A stretch of 64,000 nt of DNA from Octopus sinensis (Eukaryota). The DNA is taken from contig NC_043013.1 in NCBI RefSeq assembly GCF_006345805.1, positions 44,454,001-44,518,000 on the forward strand, in the 5' to 3' direction. How positions within the stretch are numbered: position 1 is the stretch's first letter; each line of letters starts with the position of its first letter. Of the stretch, positions 10,425 through 24,521 are shown one piece after another. The position numbers were made by a program, and so were the translations under genes. The notes beneath the pieces are model-generated. The model made no database searches. It worked only from the letters and a program-made list of their open reading frames with translations, and was not told the origin of the DNA.

Positions 10425-12860
10425 ATCTGTTTATCTCTTGCCAACACTTGATAAGCAGTGTTGGTTTGTTTGTGTCCCTTCCCCATATTTTAGCAGTTTG
10501 GCAAAAGACATTGATAGGATAGGTACCAAACTTAAAAACTGATTTGCTTGACTAAACCCTTTAAGGTGGTGCTCCAGCATGGCTGCAGTTCAATGACCGA
10601 AACATGTACAACAAAAGATAAACCACTTTGCCCTGCCAACTCTTAGTCCTATGACAGAGAATAGTCATTAGCAGTGGTGGTAGTCTGTGATATAAAACAA
10701 ACCAGATACAGTCTTACAGTACATAGATTTTCATTTGAATAAGCTCCAGCTTCAGATCCTTTGGAGGCTGATGCAATCCTGTACTTTCAGACAAGTTAGG
10801 GACCAGCTCTCCCAGTTTCTGTTCACTCATCCCCGAAGGTTTGTAAGTATCTGAAAAAATGGCAAGTTGTTTCATCCTAAGTTGTTTATGATCAAAGTAT
10901 CTTAGACATGACCATTTGGCTAATATCTCAAGCTGGTTGAGCAACCATGTAAAGGTTCTGTTGTGTGTGTGTGAAAGAGTGTGTATTATCATTATCATCA
11001 TCCTTTTAACATCCACTTTTCCATGCTTGCATATGTCAGGTTGAACTTGAGGTCAGTTTCCTGCAGCCAGATGTCCCTCCTCTCACTCCCACCTGTTTCC
11101 AGGTAATTCAATATTTTCCTAAGATCAGACATGTTTTCACTATCATGTCATGTCAAGATAAGGAAACAGTAATAAACACACACATTCATATATATATATA
11201 TCATCACCACATGATGAGCTTCCTTCAGTTTCCATCTACCAAACCTACTCACAAGGCTTTGGATGACCCAGAGCTATAGAAGGCACCTGCCCAAGGTGTC
11301 ACGTAGTGGGACTGAACCTGAAACCATGTGGTTGGGAATCAAGCTTCTAACCACACAGCCACACCTGCACCTGTCTACGGAGAGCCAATCAATTCAGTTG
11401 TCTGTACTACTTTTTCCTATAAATATTGGCGTCTGTCCTACTACCGTGCCAATACAAATGTATGTAATGCTCGACACAGAGCTGTGGAATTGGCTTGGAG
11501 TTGTAGACAAAACTAGATTAATGTTTAGCTTTATTCTTCGGAACGTTCTGAGTTCAAAAACCGCCAGGGTAGAATCTGGCTTTCATCTTCCATCCCCGAT
11601 CGATAAGTTAACAGCTAGCTATGTGCCACAGGAGACGGGAGTTCAATTCGATAAATATAAATGAATAAAAATAAAATGGCTTTATGCCTAGATCAAAGAA
11701 ATCAATATTATTATTTCCTCAATGTAACATGTTTGTTGTAATTTAGCTTTAAATTTACTGTTTCAATCACCCTCACCACCACTACTACTATTACTACTAC
11801 TCCTGCTACTACCACCACCACTACAAACACTATCTATTTCCCTTATTGCTGCTACCATCATCATGAATGTCACCATAACCGTTAGCATCATATTTCTTGT
11901 ATAAATTATAGATAAGCCCAGCAGCTGTTGGCACCATCTAATCTCTGAATATGTGTGAACTCCAAAATTTTAGGCTGGTTCTTAATGAAAACTGTTCTAA
12001 CAATAGAACTGTTGAAATTTATTTGAAACCTGGAGGACAGAGCGAGTGTATGCGTGTTTGTGTGTGTGTATTGAAGCTGTTTCAAGCACACTTTAATGAT
12101 CATTGGGACACCATCGGGTGTCACAGCCTCCAGCTTCCACCTTCAAAATCTATCATTATGACAGTTTAACCTCAAGCCAGTGTTGATTGAACAGTTCTGT
12201 TATCAAATATGTCCACGTTGTAGTCATCCAGTATTTCTTTTATTTCTTTTAAAATGACTAGCTATGGTTTGAGGCACATTTGGCTGATATTTCTAACAGG
12301 TCACGCAGTCATATGGTAGTCTCTCTCAGTGGATTGTCTAAACATGGAAAGTGAAAAATCACTTAACACATTTGCATTCATATCTATGTGCCATAATGAA
12401 TGAGTGAATCATATAAACCACATGTTGCTGAGACAAATTAACATGTTCCTATAGGAGATAAACAGACTAACATATACTCTATGTGAATTTAAATATTTTA
12501 TAAAAACGTCAACTTATTTATAAGACATCTCACACACACACACAAATAATGAGGCTGCCGTGCGTAATTGAATATAATCTGACATCAGCATGTATTATAC
12601 CTTTATGCTTAATGCTTTTTAAGTGTTCACTTACGCACACCTGCTCAACACTCCCACCCTCGACCTGTTGGAAAAAACTAAAACACAACAACTGGAAAAG
12701 GAGATGGTTGTGCCCCAGCACTTGACAAGTATTTTATCACTTTCAGAAAGATTAAGTTGATTACAAGAGGAACTGAACTCAGGATGTAAAGAGATAAAAC
12801 AAATACTACAAAGCGTTTTGTCTAATGTTCTAATGATTTTGCCTATATGTGTGTATATAT

Positions 12861-13435
12861 CATCATCATCATCGTCGTTTAACGTCTGCTTTCCATGCTG
12901 GCATGAGTTGGACGGTTTGACTGAGAACTGGCAAGCCAGAAGGCTGTACCAGGCTCCAATCTGATCTGGTAAGGTTTCTGTAGCTGGATGCCCTTCCTAA
13001 CACCAACCACTCCAAGAGTGTAGTGGGTACTTTTTATGTGTCACTAGCACAGGAGCCAGTTAGGCAGCAATGCCATCGACCACACTTGTATGGTGGTACT
13101 GGCATCGACCATGACAACAATTTTACTTGACTCCACAGGTCTTCTCAAGCACAGTATATTGCCGATGATTGATGGGTACTCTCAAATGGGCTGGTTATGT
13201 GACACTGGCATAGGCCACAGCTTTGATCTCACTTGGCTTGCTGTCTCTTCTCAAGCACAGCATATCTCCAAAGGTCTTGGTTGCTAGTCACTGCCTCTAT
13301 GAGACCCAACGTTTGAAGGTTGTGCTTCACCACCTCATCCCAGGTCTTCCTAGGTCCACCTCTTCCACAAGTTCCCTCCACTGTTAGGGTGTGACACTTC
13401 ACACAGTTGTCCTCATCCATACGTAACACATGATC
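12861..13435 (-). mobile_element. 5'-truncated RTE-clade LINE (ORF C-terminus, 3' UTR, (GAT)n tail)
   Basis: Peptide HVLRMDEDNCVKCHTLTVEGTCGRGGPRKTWDEVVKHNL matches the RTE ORF2 C-terminal GRPRKTW motif; microsatellite tail at 12861. Confidence 0.85.
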
Positions 13436-13477
<42 letters not shown>

Positions 13478-13729
13478 CTCCCCCCCCTTTTCCTCTTCCA
13501 CTCTCAATGTATGTGTAAGTCATTCATTTACAAACTGCCTTCCACGAAGTGTAATAAGTGTACTCATCCTATACCTCATTTTCTCATTTACCCTCTCCCC
13601 CTTTCTCTATATAATGTAAAGTATGACTGAAGAAATCCTTCAGTCAACCAACCAATCAATATTTGTTTAAATTATTATATACAATTTGGTGGGGGTGGAC
13701 AGGGTGGAAAAAGGGCATTGCTTCTACTT

Positions 13730-15510
13730 TTTACTGGTGCTACCAAAGTGAGTAGGACTGGTTTTGTTTACGACAGCATAAAATTCTGCAGCTTGATAAA
13801 ATACAAGCAAAGAGGAAGTTTTGGTGGGTTGCAGTTCTGGGGAAGAATGATTGGTCAAAGTGCACAGTACAAGTTTTGGAGGGTGAAACACAATTGGGAT
13901 AATGAGAAGCGCAGAAGAGGATGGGCTGCAATGAAGGTGGTAAGCAGTTTGGAAACTCAGAGAATCAGAAGTTGTTGTAGTAGTAAGAGAGTTGGTGGAG
14001 AGTAGAAACAGTACATTTATGAGTCAATGGTTGAAGTGTGTTGGTGAGTGAGTCTTTGTTAATCAGGTGAATTGATGCAGTCTAGTACGTGTGTGTGTGT
14101 GTGTGACAGGTTCAAGAACAGGGAGGTAGTGGGTGCAAGTGCACCCCCTAAAATTTTTGGGGGGCAATGGAAATATTTTGAACATCCTCCTGAAAATCTG
14201 GGTTTGCAAGTACATGCCCTAAAAATTTTTGTGGGACAATGGAAATGTGCTGAACATCCTTCAGAAAAACTGGGTTTACAAACCCTGAGCAAATTTCATT
14301 CCCGCACTTATGGTGAGAGAGAGAGAACAAGAGAGAGGGTTATGTAAAGGGTGAAGATTTGGTCATTTTATATCTGTGAAGTTGCATTGTGAGATCGTCA
14401 GAAATAGTGAATTTCTAACTTTTGTAGGGAGTCTGATACTAAAGCACCTGAGATCACCCCTTGTTTTATGATATAAGCTTGTTTTAAAGTGATCTGATTT
14501 AAAACTATCTGTCAAAATTTCATGTTGATTTATGTTCAAAACACAAGCTTAACCCTGTCACACTGTGTTCCTACTTTAGTGGGAATAGTTTACACGTCAT
14601 CTGTGCTAGATATCCGTTAAAGCAGTAATGAACAACACATGTAGAAAAAGCAGTTAAAATACTAAAATTAGACAATTGATCATGTCACAGTTTTTATGGT
14701 GTCCCCCCACAGCTGTTATTTACCTTTGTTTTTAATTAAAAAAACTAAAAAAAAACAACTGATTTTGCAATGAAATAAGCGTGCAATGAACCTAGCAATT
14801 TGTCTTGTAAATGAGCAAAGCTTAGACTCATTGCAGTTGAAGAAATTATTAATGATATTTATTCATTGGACAAAGAATTTACACTTATGCTGGCAAGGTG
14901 AAAGCGATGAGGGAAGTAGCAATTCAGGTGAATAAATACAGTAGTTGAGAACAAGGTCTATTATCATTATTCTCCTGGATTTTTTTGAGATTCTGTCCAT
15001 TAGTCTATTTGCAATCATTACTCTTGAACTGTGAATGCAACTATTTATTCTTTTGCCCAGTTGGAAGGAAAAGTTAGACAGAGGGGCCCTGACCTGAGAG
15101 GATTAATAATATTTTCCCCAGTCCTTCAATAATTTAAAAACTATTTGAAACAAGAACAGTGTATGTCTATAGAAATATGGTAACAAATGGGTTAAATTGT
15201 GTATTGGCAATGTTTAGTGAGACCATAGTACAAGACAGTTTTCTTGATGTGTGTAGCGATAGTGTTAAATGTACAGTGTAAGCCTAACTAGACTGCTATG
15301 TTGTCATGGCAAGAGGTTTTCTAGGTCTGTATTCATAGCAAAAAGTATTTTCCAGGTGTGATTTGTCAAAATAGCAGATGACTGACACCTGTTTGCAGAG
15401 GATTAATGGAGAATCATGGAAGGTATTATTGATGTTGGAATGGAGTGTGTCATTGTTAGTAGTAAGAACAAATAGGTCATTAGTATACAGAAGGGAGTGG
15501 GCCATATGTC
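13730..15510 (-). mobile_element. Fragmented, highly decayed CR1/L2-like LINE
   Basis: LLYTNDL (RT-like LLYIND motif) near 15470 and SFFPRTA (CR1-type C-terminal motif) near 13850, in collinear order and interrupted by other repeats. Confidence 0.45.
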
Positions 15511-15599
15511 CATATAATCAAACTGCTAGGTAAATTCAAACCTCCCCCCCCTCTCTCATTCTTTCTTTATGCATGTGTGTATATATATATATATATATA

Positions 15600-15860
15600 G
15601 TGAGGCTGCATGGCCTAGTGGTTAGGGTGTTGCATTCACAATCATGAGATCGTAGTTTCAATTCCTAGACCAAGTGGTGCGTTGTATTCTTGAGCAAAAT
15701 GCTTCATCTAACATTACTCTATCACTTCAACACCTGACATGTGGTACACTATGCGCATGTTCAGGTAATGCTGATTTAATGGAGGGAATGAGCTAATATA
15801 TAGCACATACATTTGATCACTATAAAACAGTCATTTGTGCATGAACACTCATCATCATCT
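15600..15860 (+). mobile_element. tRNA-derived SINE, decayed
   Basis: Head GTGAGGCTGCATGGCCTAGTGGTTAGGG...TTCAATTCC...TTCTTGAGCAA; flanked by (TA)n. Confidence 0.65.
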
Positions 15861-15877
15861 TTGATGGGAGAGTCCAT

Positions 15878-15925
<48 letters not shown>

Positions 15926-16860
15926 GATATATTTATAAATGAGATGTATGTATGTATCTACTTATCGATCCATTTACCTACATCTAGGAGAGAGAATTTA
16001 TTTGCTGGAGGTTTGGGCCCTGAATGGTAATAGGAAGAAACACCTACTGCCATAAGCTGATAAAAAGTGAACTATGAGAGAAGGAAAAATAAAAAGACTA
16101 AAAGACCATGACCGGAAGTACAACCAACTGATTGATGCTCAGCTACAGACTGAACTTATTGTCTCGGAAAATCCTTTTAAAATAAGCCAGTGTTCTGGAG
16201 AAGTTTATATATTTGGTCATCTTTTCACCATTGAAATTGTCATGCAACTTCTATATTTTCAGGTGATATAGATGAAGGTAAATGAGGAAAATGTGATTAT
16301 CATTTAGCCCAAGGTCAAACTTGATTCAGCAGACCTATGATTAAAGACCATCCCGTCTGTTTTAGATTTTTAGGGGATGTCTAGAACCACATTATCTAGT
16401 ATGTCTTCATTATTTAAGGTGGCAGGATGTAATTTAAGGGAAACTAGACTACCCGTGACCCATTGGGTCACCAATAGTTCAAGATACCCAAAAAACTGTG
16501 TATCTCAAGAATCCATGGTCTGATTTATGCGAAACTGGTGTTATTCCTTTCGTGTTCACATTTCAATGGTACCTTACTTTCAAAGTATTTATAAAAGAAC
16601 CTGAAAAAACCATGTATCTCAGTAACCTGTAGTCCAATTCACACAAAACTTGTTTTAGTCCATTTGTATTCAAATGAGCATCCAATTCATGATGTCTCCT
16701 GTTTTTGTTTATTTTTCCCTCTGTTTCACCAGACACTCAGCTCTCCGAGTGTCCAATTCCTGATCTCTCCTGCTTCTGTCGCTTTCCCCCAGACACTCAA
16801 CCTGGCTTTATTGGTCTCATTGATCCTTCTATTTGCATGCCTGTCCTGATCTTGGGTAAA

Positions 16861-17521
16861 TATTTTGTAAAGGACCTGTTCAAACTTCAGTGTGAAATAA
16901 ATTTTTCCACAGGTTTTATTCAAGTGCATTTCAACATATCTCACCTCCAAACCCACTGCAAGCCACTTTTTTTCTGGAAAAGAAATGGGGAAGAAGATGG
17001 TGGTGACCTTGGAGTTTCCCACCAATGGAGTTTTGTTTTGCAGGTTTTTTTATCTTTCCCAGGTTATTTCACATGCTTTCAATGAATGTGATATCAAAAT
17101 CACACATAAATGGCTCCTTTCCCCAGAAAAGGAATGTTTTGGCTGCTATTTCTAGCACGCCCTGCTACCACATAACAGCTATTTGGGGTCTTTTATTGCA
17201 AATAACTATTACATGCTAGCAAGGCATGCTAGAAATAACAGCTAAATCTTTCCTTTTCTGGGGAAAGGAGCCATTTACGAGTGATTTTGATGTCACATTT
17301 GTTGAAAGCATGTGAAACAACCTGGAAAAGACAAAAAAAATACCCTGCAAAATAAAACCCCATTGGTGGGAAACTCAGGATTTCTCAGGAAATTCCGAGG
17401 TCCACAACATCCCTTTCTTTTCTGGGAAAAAAAGTGGCTTATAGTGGGTTTGGAGGTCTGGGAAAAACCTGTGGGAAAATATTATTTCACACCAGGGTAC
17501 TAATGGGTCCTTTATGAAATA
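16861..17521. repeat. Large imperfect inverted repeat (~310-bp arms 16861-17170 / 17214-17521)
   Basis: Collinear reverse-complement blocks, e.g. AAATGGCTCCTTTCCCCAGAAAAGGAA / TTCCTTTTCTGGGGAAAGGAGCCATTT and CCTCCAAACCCACT / AGTGGGTTTGGAGG. Confidence 0.85.
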
Positions 17522-17999
17522 TTCACCCTTGAAAATAATTTTAAAAAAATTTTAATATTGTCTGTTTAAAGAAAGTTAAAGTATAAGTATGTACCTTACA
17601 AACAACTTGCATTTTTGAAATCACATTTACTTAAAAATATTTCTAAATGATTAAAATATTGTGTTTAATAAAATCAAAAGTAGAAACATTTACTGTAAAA
17701 ACACTTCATATTTTTTTGTTGGCAAGTTAAAGTCACTAAGACTTTTGCCCAGGCTGTGAAGTTTGTCTTCAAAATGGAGAAGACACTGATCATGTCTCTA
17801 ATTGAAAGGTTAGAGTTTCTTCCTATTCAGGGTTATGTTATTTTCAGAGTATTTTCCCATTATGCATCGTTTTGGATATTTATGAATATGCCACCCCACC
17901 CATATCTCAGGAATCTCTGGTTCGATTTACGCAAAACTTGTTTCATTCTGTTTGCATTCACATTTCAGGGGTACCTTAATTCATAATATTTTCCCATTA

Positions 18000-18430
18000 T
18001 GTGCCAGTTTGGCTGTATTAAATGGTAGACAAGCAAGCAAGCAGAGAGTTTTAGTAGTATATAGATTTGGAGCAACTTGAGCAGACATATAAAAGCACCC
18101 TTGTTGGCTGAGGCAAAAAATGCAGTCTTCTTCGGGTGTGCATTTACTAGAAATGTTGAAGGTAGATTTCTGTTATATCACACAAACCAATAAGTGATGG
18201 TGGCAGAAAAATACATTTTTTCTTTATACTTTCAACAATAAGAAATTGTTATGGTATAATTTGAACACAGAATGACTGGGATTCTGTTGCCAGATGACTG
18301 AACTGCATGGTTATGGTGCTCAAATTTTATCAATCCATTTGGCCAAATTCTTTGATGAGGAACATAAAGAAGTTTATCGCCTCAATCTACCTGACAGACA
18401 AGTTTCCAGTCTTATTTTGAAGAAGAGTAG
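18000..18430 (+). mobile_element. Possible decayed mariner transposase C-terminal remnant
   Basis: Frameshifted fragments GRFLLYHTNQ, AKFFDEEHKEVYRLNLPDR and SYFEEE* resemble mariner xFHHDNARPH...FF.SK..FY..GI..LP.RW...YFE in order. Confidence 0.35.
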
Positions 18431-18879
18431 CTAACAATAAAATGAAATACAGCTACCAGAAAAAAAAAGAAAGAAAAAAAAAAGAAAGTAAGAAAAATCA
18501 ATAAGAACTGCTCTAAGTAATATTCAAAGATTCAAATGTACAAGAGGAAAAAAAAAATTCACCATCCTACTTTTACTGAAACAAAGACATATGAAATACA
18601 TCCATACATTTCTAAAGCTCTTTTTATATCTTAAGTAGACTTTTGTATTGCCATGAGCAATTAATTTATTAATTAAAAGATTCATTCATATAACGAAAAT
18701 GCAATTAATTAAAGACTCACCTGAAGAATAAGTACCATAAACTTTTTTGCTAATAAAAATGCCACTTTCATTAGAAATGACATAGTGGGTTAACTGCAGC
18801 ATGTCACAGTTAAAAACAAAAGAGGTTTACAGCCGAAGTTGCACACACACGAACACATACCCACACACATGTTTATATT

Positions 18880-19215
18880 CATCATCATCATCGCTTAACG
18901 TCCGTTTTCCGCGCTAGCACGGGTTGGACGGTTCGACTGGGGTCAGGGAAGCCAGGAGGCTGCACCAGGCTCCAGTCTGATCTGGCAGTGTTTCTACAGC
19001 CGGATGCCCTTCCTAACGCCAACCACTCCGCGAGTGTAGTGGGTGTTTTTTACGTGCCACCTGCACAGGTGCCAGGGGAGTCTGGCATCGGCCACGATCG
19101 GTTGGTGCTTTTAACGTGCCACCGGCACGGAAGCCAGCCAAGGCGGCGCTGGCATCGGCCACGTTCGGATAGTGCTTTTTTATGTGCCACCGGCACAGAA
19201 GCCAGTATTCATCAG
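18880..19215 (-). mobile_element. Young RTE 3'-end-derived repeat with (GAT)n tail
   Basis: CpG-rich; homologous to 45121-45675 and to the 3' UTR of 12861-13435. Confidence 0.8.
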
Positions 19216-20004
19216 TACAAAATGTATTAAATTGTGTTGCATCTTTTTATATCAATATATAACTTAACGATTTCTTAAACAGAAGGTGATAAAATAAGTA
19301 ACTAGACTAAAGCAAGTACTGGAATCAATGCAAGAGACAAGAAAAAACTTCAAAGGTGATGATTCAGTTTGCTCGTAATCCAATAACTGAAATCAGTAAA
19401 AGACTATTATAACTGTTTTTGACATAGACACAAGATCTGAAATTGGAAATGGTCAGTTATACCAACCCCACTACATGATTGGTACTTTATTTTATTGACT
19501 CTAGAAGAACGAAGAGCATTATATGTAATAAATTCTAAAGCCTTATTTGTTTTGATTTTTCCCGTATTGTAGTTGGATTGCAATACATAGCTAATCAATT
19601 TGCTATTTCTATTAATGGTAACATAAAATCAATTTACCATAATTTTATTGATTACCAAGGCCCTTGCCAGCTTTGTTTGAGCAGATCTGTGGCTTGTAGC
19701 AGCTGATCTTAACTTTCAATTGGCATCTTTAGTTATGTCTGTCTTTAAAGTGGATGAGTTTTGCTAAGAGTTACGATTTTGAAAAAACAGAAAATAAATA
19801 TATATAGCTGAAAGTTTGAGAGATATAATAATGCTTTGAACAGGACTAACAACTATATAGAATTCCTCTGGTTGTTTTTGTAGGACATAACTGGGCAGCT
19901 AGATGTATAGTTAGGTGACCCATGATTGGGCTTTGCTGCTTCGAGATAAGAACATAGAATTCGAGGATTGCTTCTAACTTGGGAGTGCCACTCTCTCTCT
20001 CTCT

Positions 20005-20401
20005 CTTACTCTTTTACTTGTTTCAGTCATTTGACTGTGGCCATGCTGGAGCACTGCCTTTAATCGAGCAACTCGACCCCGGGACTTATTCTTTTGTAAG
20101 CCCAGTACTTATTCTATCGGTCTCTTTTGCCGAACCGCTAAGTAACGGGGACATAAACACACCAGCATCAGTTGTCAAGCAATGCTAGGGGGACAAACAC
20201 AGACACACAAACACACACATATATATATATATATATATACGATGGGCTTCTTTCAGTTTCCGCCTACCAAATCCACTCACAAGGCTTTGGTCGGCCCGAG
20301 GCTATAGTAGAAGATACTTGCCCAAGGTGCCACGCAGTGGGACTGAACCCAGAACCATGTGGTTGGTAAACAAGCTACTTACCACACAGCCACTCCTGCG
20401 C
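20005..20401 (-). mobile_element. SINE family A, full length
   Basis: Intact head and tail; near-identical to 40268-40670. Confidence 0.9.
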
Positions 20402-21637
20402 ACTATTCAGAATTTTTTTTTTTTTTTTTTTTAAATAGAGAGGAATGAATGGAGGTGTTGTGGTGTTGAAGCTTTTCCCAGAGAGACAAGTGCAAGTGAA
20501 GCAGTTTCAACTATAAACTGAAACCAGAGAGTGGGTTTGAGTAAGCAAAAATTTGCCCTCTGCTGTTTCGCAGACCTAAAATTATATTAACTCTTCTTTG
20601 TTTTCTTCTGAAACAAATTCAAGAAACTGAAACCTAATTGTTCAAGCTGTTTGCACATAAAGCACAGAGACCGTTTTAGATGGCATTAAACCCACACAAA
20701 TGGCATTGTCTAAGAAGTGACTTTATTTTGCAAAATCAGTCTTGTCTGACCTTGGCACATTACTGATTTAGCTGATTACGTTACTTCTTTTAGTGGCCCA
20801 GGAAATCTAAGACGGTTATAGATGAAAGCCTTTCCTTGAGAATATCATATGACAGTCTCCTGTTAAGACAGCTGAGAAATTTATACTAAAACACAGAGCA
20901 ATAAACGGCAATGAGGTTTCTACTGTTAAATCATAACTCTATAACTACCAGCTCAACAATAATGTCAAACTTCGACAAGGCCACTGCATAACCACATGTT
21001 GCTCTGTTTCACTCACTGCCTCTTACATTACTGTCAATGCAGACATACCATTCTGAACTGACTCCACACAATACATTTTTACTAAAACAACTATATCTTA
21101 ATTCCCTTCTCTTCCCCATCGTGTACTAATCACTGAGTCAAAAATCTGCTATTTATTACTTCCTTCCCCCCAGTTTCTCAACTTGTACTAAACCATATAA
21201 TATCTAACCTATACTTCATCTACACTATACATTATATATATAATCCATACCACACATTCTATAATTAAATAATTACAATAAATTCAATATATTGAAATCT
21301 GAACGGTCACTCTGAAAACATAAAATGATTGGTTAACAGATGACATTGGAGATTTCAAAAAAAAAAAACCCCAAAAAACTGTCATATGTCATGCAAGACA
21401 GAGATGAGAAAAGGACCAGATGCTTGTGAATCCAAACCTGACTCAATGATGATGAGAAACCTTATATTTAATCTATACTATATGTATACTATACTAAATA
21501 TATGTTATGTACTCTATAATAATTCTACAACATGCACCCTGTACTAAATCTATATTAAATACTCTATACCAAATATGTTATGTATTCTAAATTAATTCTT
21601 TCTATAACATGCAGCCTATACTAAATCTATAGTGAAT

Positions 21638-21953
21638 TGTTTTTTTTTTTTGTTTGTTCCTTCTCGAGCCATGCCTGGCTCATAAGGGCAGGTTTCCTGG
21701 TTTCCTTGGCACATAGGTTCCCCACCTGGACGGGACGCCGGTCCGTCACAGGCGAGCTACAAGATGCAGGAGGAAAGAGTGAGAGAAAGTTGTGGCGAAA
21801 GAGTCAGCAGAAGTTCGCCATTACCTTCTGCCGGAGCCGTGTGGAGCTTAGGTGTTTCGCTCATAAACACACACATCGCCCGGTCTGAGATTCGAACCTG
21901 CAATATCTCGACCGCGAGTCCGCTACTCTAACCACTAGGCCATGTACTTCCAC
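21638..21953 (-). mobile_element. tRNA(Arg)-like SINE (second OR-type subfamily) with A-rich tail
   Basis: tRNA-like head, central body shared with the 5.3/6.6-kb SINEs but a different 3' end; flanking AAATCTATA(G/T)TGAAT duplication (21623-21637 / 21955-21969). Confidence 0.8.
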
Positions 21954-22924
21954 AAAATCTATATTGAATACCCTGTATTAAATATATACTGCACTCTAAA
22001 TTAATTCTATAACACCTCACATACTTTATCTCTACTATAAATCCTGCATAATTCATTCCCTATATTAAATACTTTGCTCTATACTTCTCTTCATCCCCCA
22101 AGCACATCTCTCTGAAACTCCATCCCTGCCCTATTATTTATAAACTTGTAGCAACATCAGTGAAACATTAACCTTACTGTCACACAAATATCCTGGTCCT
22201 TCAGATTAGGAAAACGGTTCTCAGAAGGTCGTAACTACTTCCTATTCTCCTTAGACCAACAAATGGGTGAAGGTAGGGGTAGAAGAAAAGAAACATTAAA
22301 CGCATTCAGTAAGGCATTAAACCTTGATAAATTTCCCTCACACACCTATAAAATGATTTTATTTTCAAATAAACTTGTTTAGAATTTGCTTTTGTGTTAA
22401 TTTTTGCTATGTTTCTACACATGCATGCACACATATACACACATGAATATATGATGATGATGATCATCATCATCATCCTTTTAATGTCCATGCTTTTCCA
22501 TGCTTACGCAGGCTGGACGGAGTTTATTGAGGCAGATTTTCTATGGCTGTATGCCCTACCTGTCACCAGACCTCACCTGGTGTTACCTCACCAGGTAATA
22601 TTCCCCGATAGCCTGACATGTTCTTGTAGGATATTGGAAATAAATGACACTGTTTGTTTGAGAGTTACAATCATTTTACAACTATCACATAGCATCAAAG
22701 CAAGGATACACACACATATGCACTTGTACCTGTTTTATTGATTCTGTAAGGAAAACGGTCAAGTTGACCATAACAGTATTTTAAATACTGTAGTCTGATA
22801 TTCAACTATTTTTTATGCTAATAGTAACAGCAGCAGTACTACCACCATGCTAAATACTGTAGGGGACCGAGACCTATGGTGGTTTGCTGTGCTTGAGAAA
22901 ACATGTCAAGCTAAGTAAAAGTTT

Positions 22925-23315
22925 ATTTTCAACTACCCACAGGGGACTAAATTCAGAGGGGACAAACAAGGACAGACGAATGGATTAAGTCGATTACATT
23001 GACCTCAGTGCTTAGCTGGTACTCATTTGATCGACCCTGAAAGGATGAAAGGCAAAGTCGACCTCAGCGGAATTTGAACTCAGAACGTAGCGGCAGACAA
23101 AATACCTATTTCTTTACTACCCACAAGGGGCTAAACACAGAGAGGACAGACAAATGGATTAAGTCGATTACATCGACCCCAGTGCATAACTGGTATTTAA
23201 TTTATCGACCCCCGAAAGGATGAAAGGCAAAGTCGACCTCGGCGTAATTTGAACTCAGAACGTAACAGCAGATGAAATATGGCTACGCATTTCGCCTGGT
23301 GTGCTAACGTTTCTG
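22925..23315 (-). mobile_element. Two tandem SINE family B copies
   Basis: Both carry GAAAGGATGAAAGGCAAAGTCGACCTC...GAATTTGAACTCAGAACGTA. Confidence 0.85.
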
Positions 23316-23736
23316 CCAAAGAATGGTTGTCCTTGCATACAGCATGTCCCCTGCATTCCACTTCAGCTGAGTGTTCCTAATCTTGCAGGCTTGTGGGTGC
23401 CGGTGCCACATAAAAAGTACCCATGCTGGTGACCTGTGAAAGCACCCTTGCCAGTGCTGCATAAAAACACCAAGGACATTCTGTAAAGTGGTTGGTGTTT
23501 GGAAGGGCATCCACCTGTAGAAACCATATCAACACAGACATGGACCCCAGGCAGATCTCCAGCTGACCAGCTCCTGTCAAACCATTCAACCCATGCCAGT
23601 AGGGAAAATGGATGTTAAATAATTTGGTCAGCCCGAGGCTATAGTAGAAGACATTTGCCCAAGGTGCCACACAGTGGGACTGAACCCGGAACCATGTTGT
23701 TGGTAAGCAAGCTACTTACTACACAGCCACTCCTGC

Positions 23737-23780
<44 letters not shown>

Positions 23781-24345
23781 ACAGGGTTCTTTCAGGCTGT
23801 TTTCTAATCTACTCATAAGGCTTTGGCTGGCCCGAGGATATAGTAGAAAACACTTGCCCAGGGTGCTATGCAGTGGGACTGAACCCAGAACCATGTGGTT
23901 GGGAAGCAAGCTTCTTACCACACAGCCATGCCTGCACCTTAATAACAGATACTGATATGGAAAATAAAAAGTACAATTACTCTGAATGTACGGGATTATT
24001 GACCAAATAAGTTCAGATCATATTGTGCTTTTGAGTGTGAAATAGATAACCTGGCTTGCCTCAGCCTAACTAGTTGAACATCCAGTATCACTCATATTTT
24101 ACGGTTAACTGTAAGAAATTAGTCTGGTTGCAAAATTATTTGATCCAAAATATACAAAAAGGAAAATTTGTCAAAACTGTTCATATCATACTAGTATTGT
24201 GGAAAAGTTCTAAAATATATCTAATAATTGGAATAACTAGCTGGATAAAGTAAGTTTCAATATCATTCAAATCATTTAGGGTACAGCCATAAATAGATTC
24301 AGAACCATGAATTCCCATTTTTAACTTCTGAAAAAGAAATTTCAA

Positions 24346-24521
24346 CCCTTTAGCATTCAGATTAATCAGTCAGTTGTAATGTTCATTCATTCACATTATT
24401 TTTAATTAATCATATATTATTTTGTAGCTTGAATATTACAATAATGTGATTGGTTATTTTTAGACTGATATTGTAGGATAGGTGTGAGGGGCCTGATCTG
24501 GCTGGTTTAAATGCTAAAGGG
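24346..24521. mobile_element. TTAA-flanked MITE (piggyBac-like ends CCCTTT...AAAGGG), ~80 bp from the U12 donor
   Basis: TIR CCCTTTAGCATT / AATGCTAAAGGG; TCAA and TTAA flanks. Confidence 0.75.

Noticed and set aside
10714-11016. 100-aa minus-strand ORF with SGMSEQKL, faintly hAT-like
   Set aside because: A single weak motif with no TIR, TSD or supporting motifs.
18294-18490. Short plus-strand ORF followed by AATAAA and an A-rich tract, suggesting a retrocopy or terminal exon
   Set aside because: Better explained as a mariner remnant beside an A-rich microsatellite; no host protein recognised.
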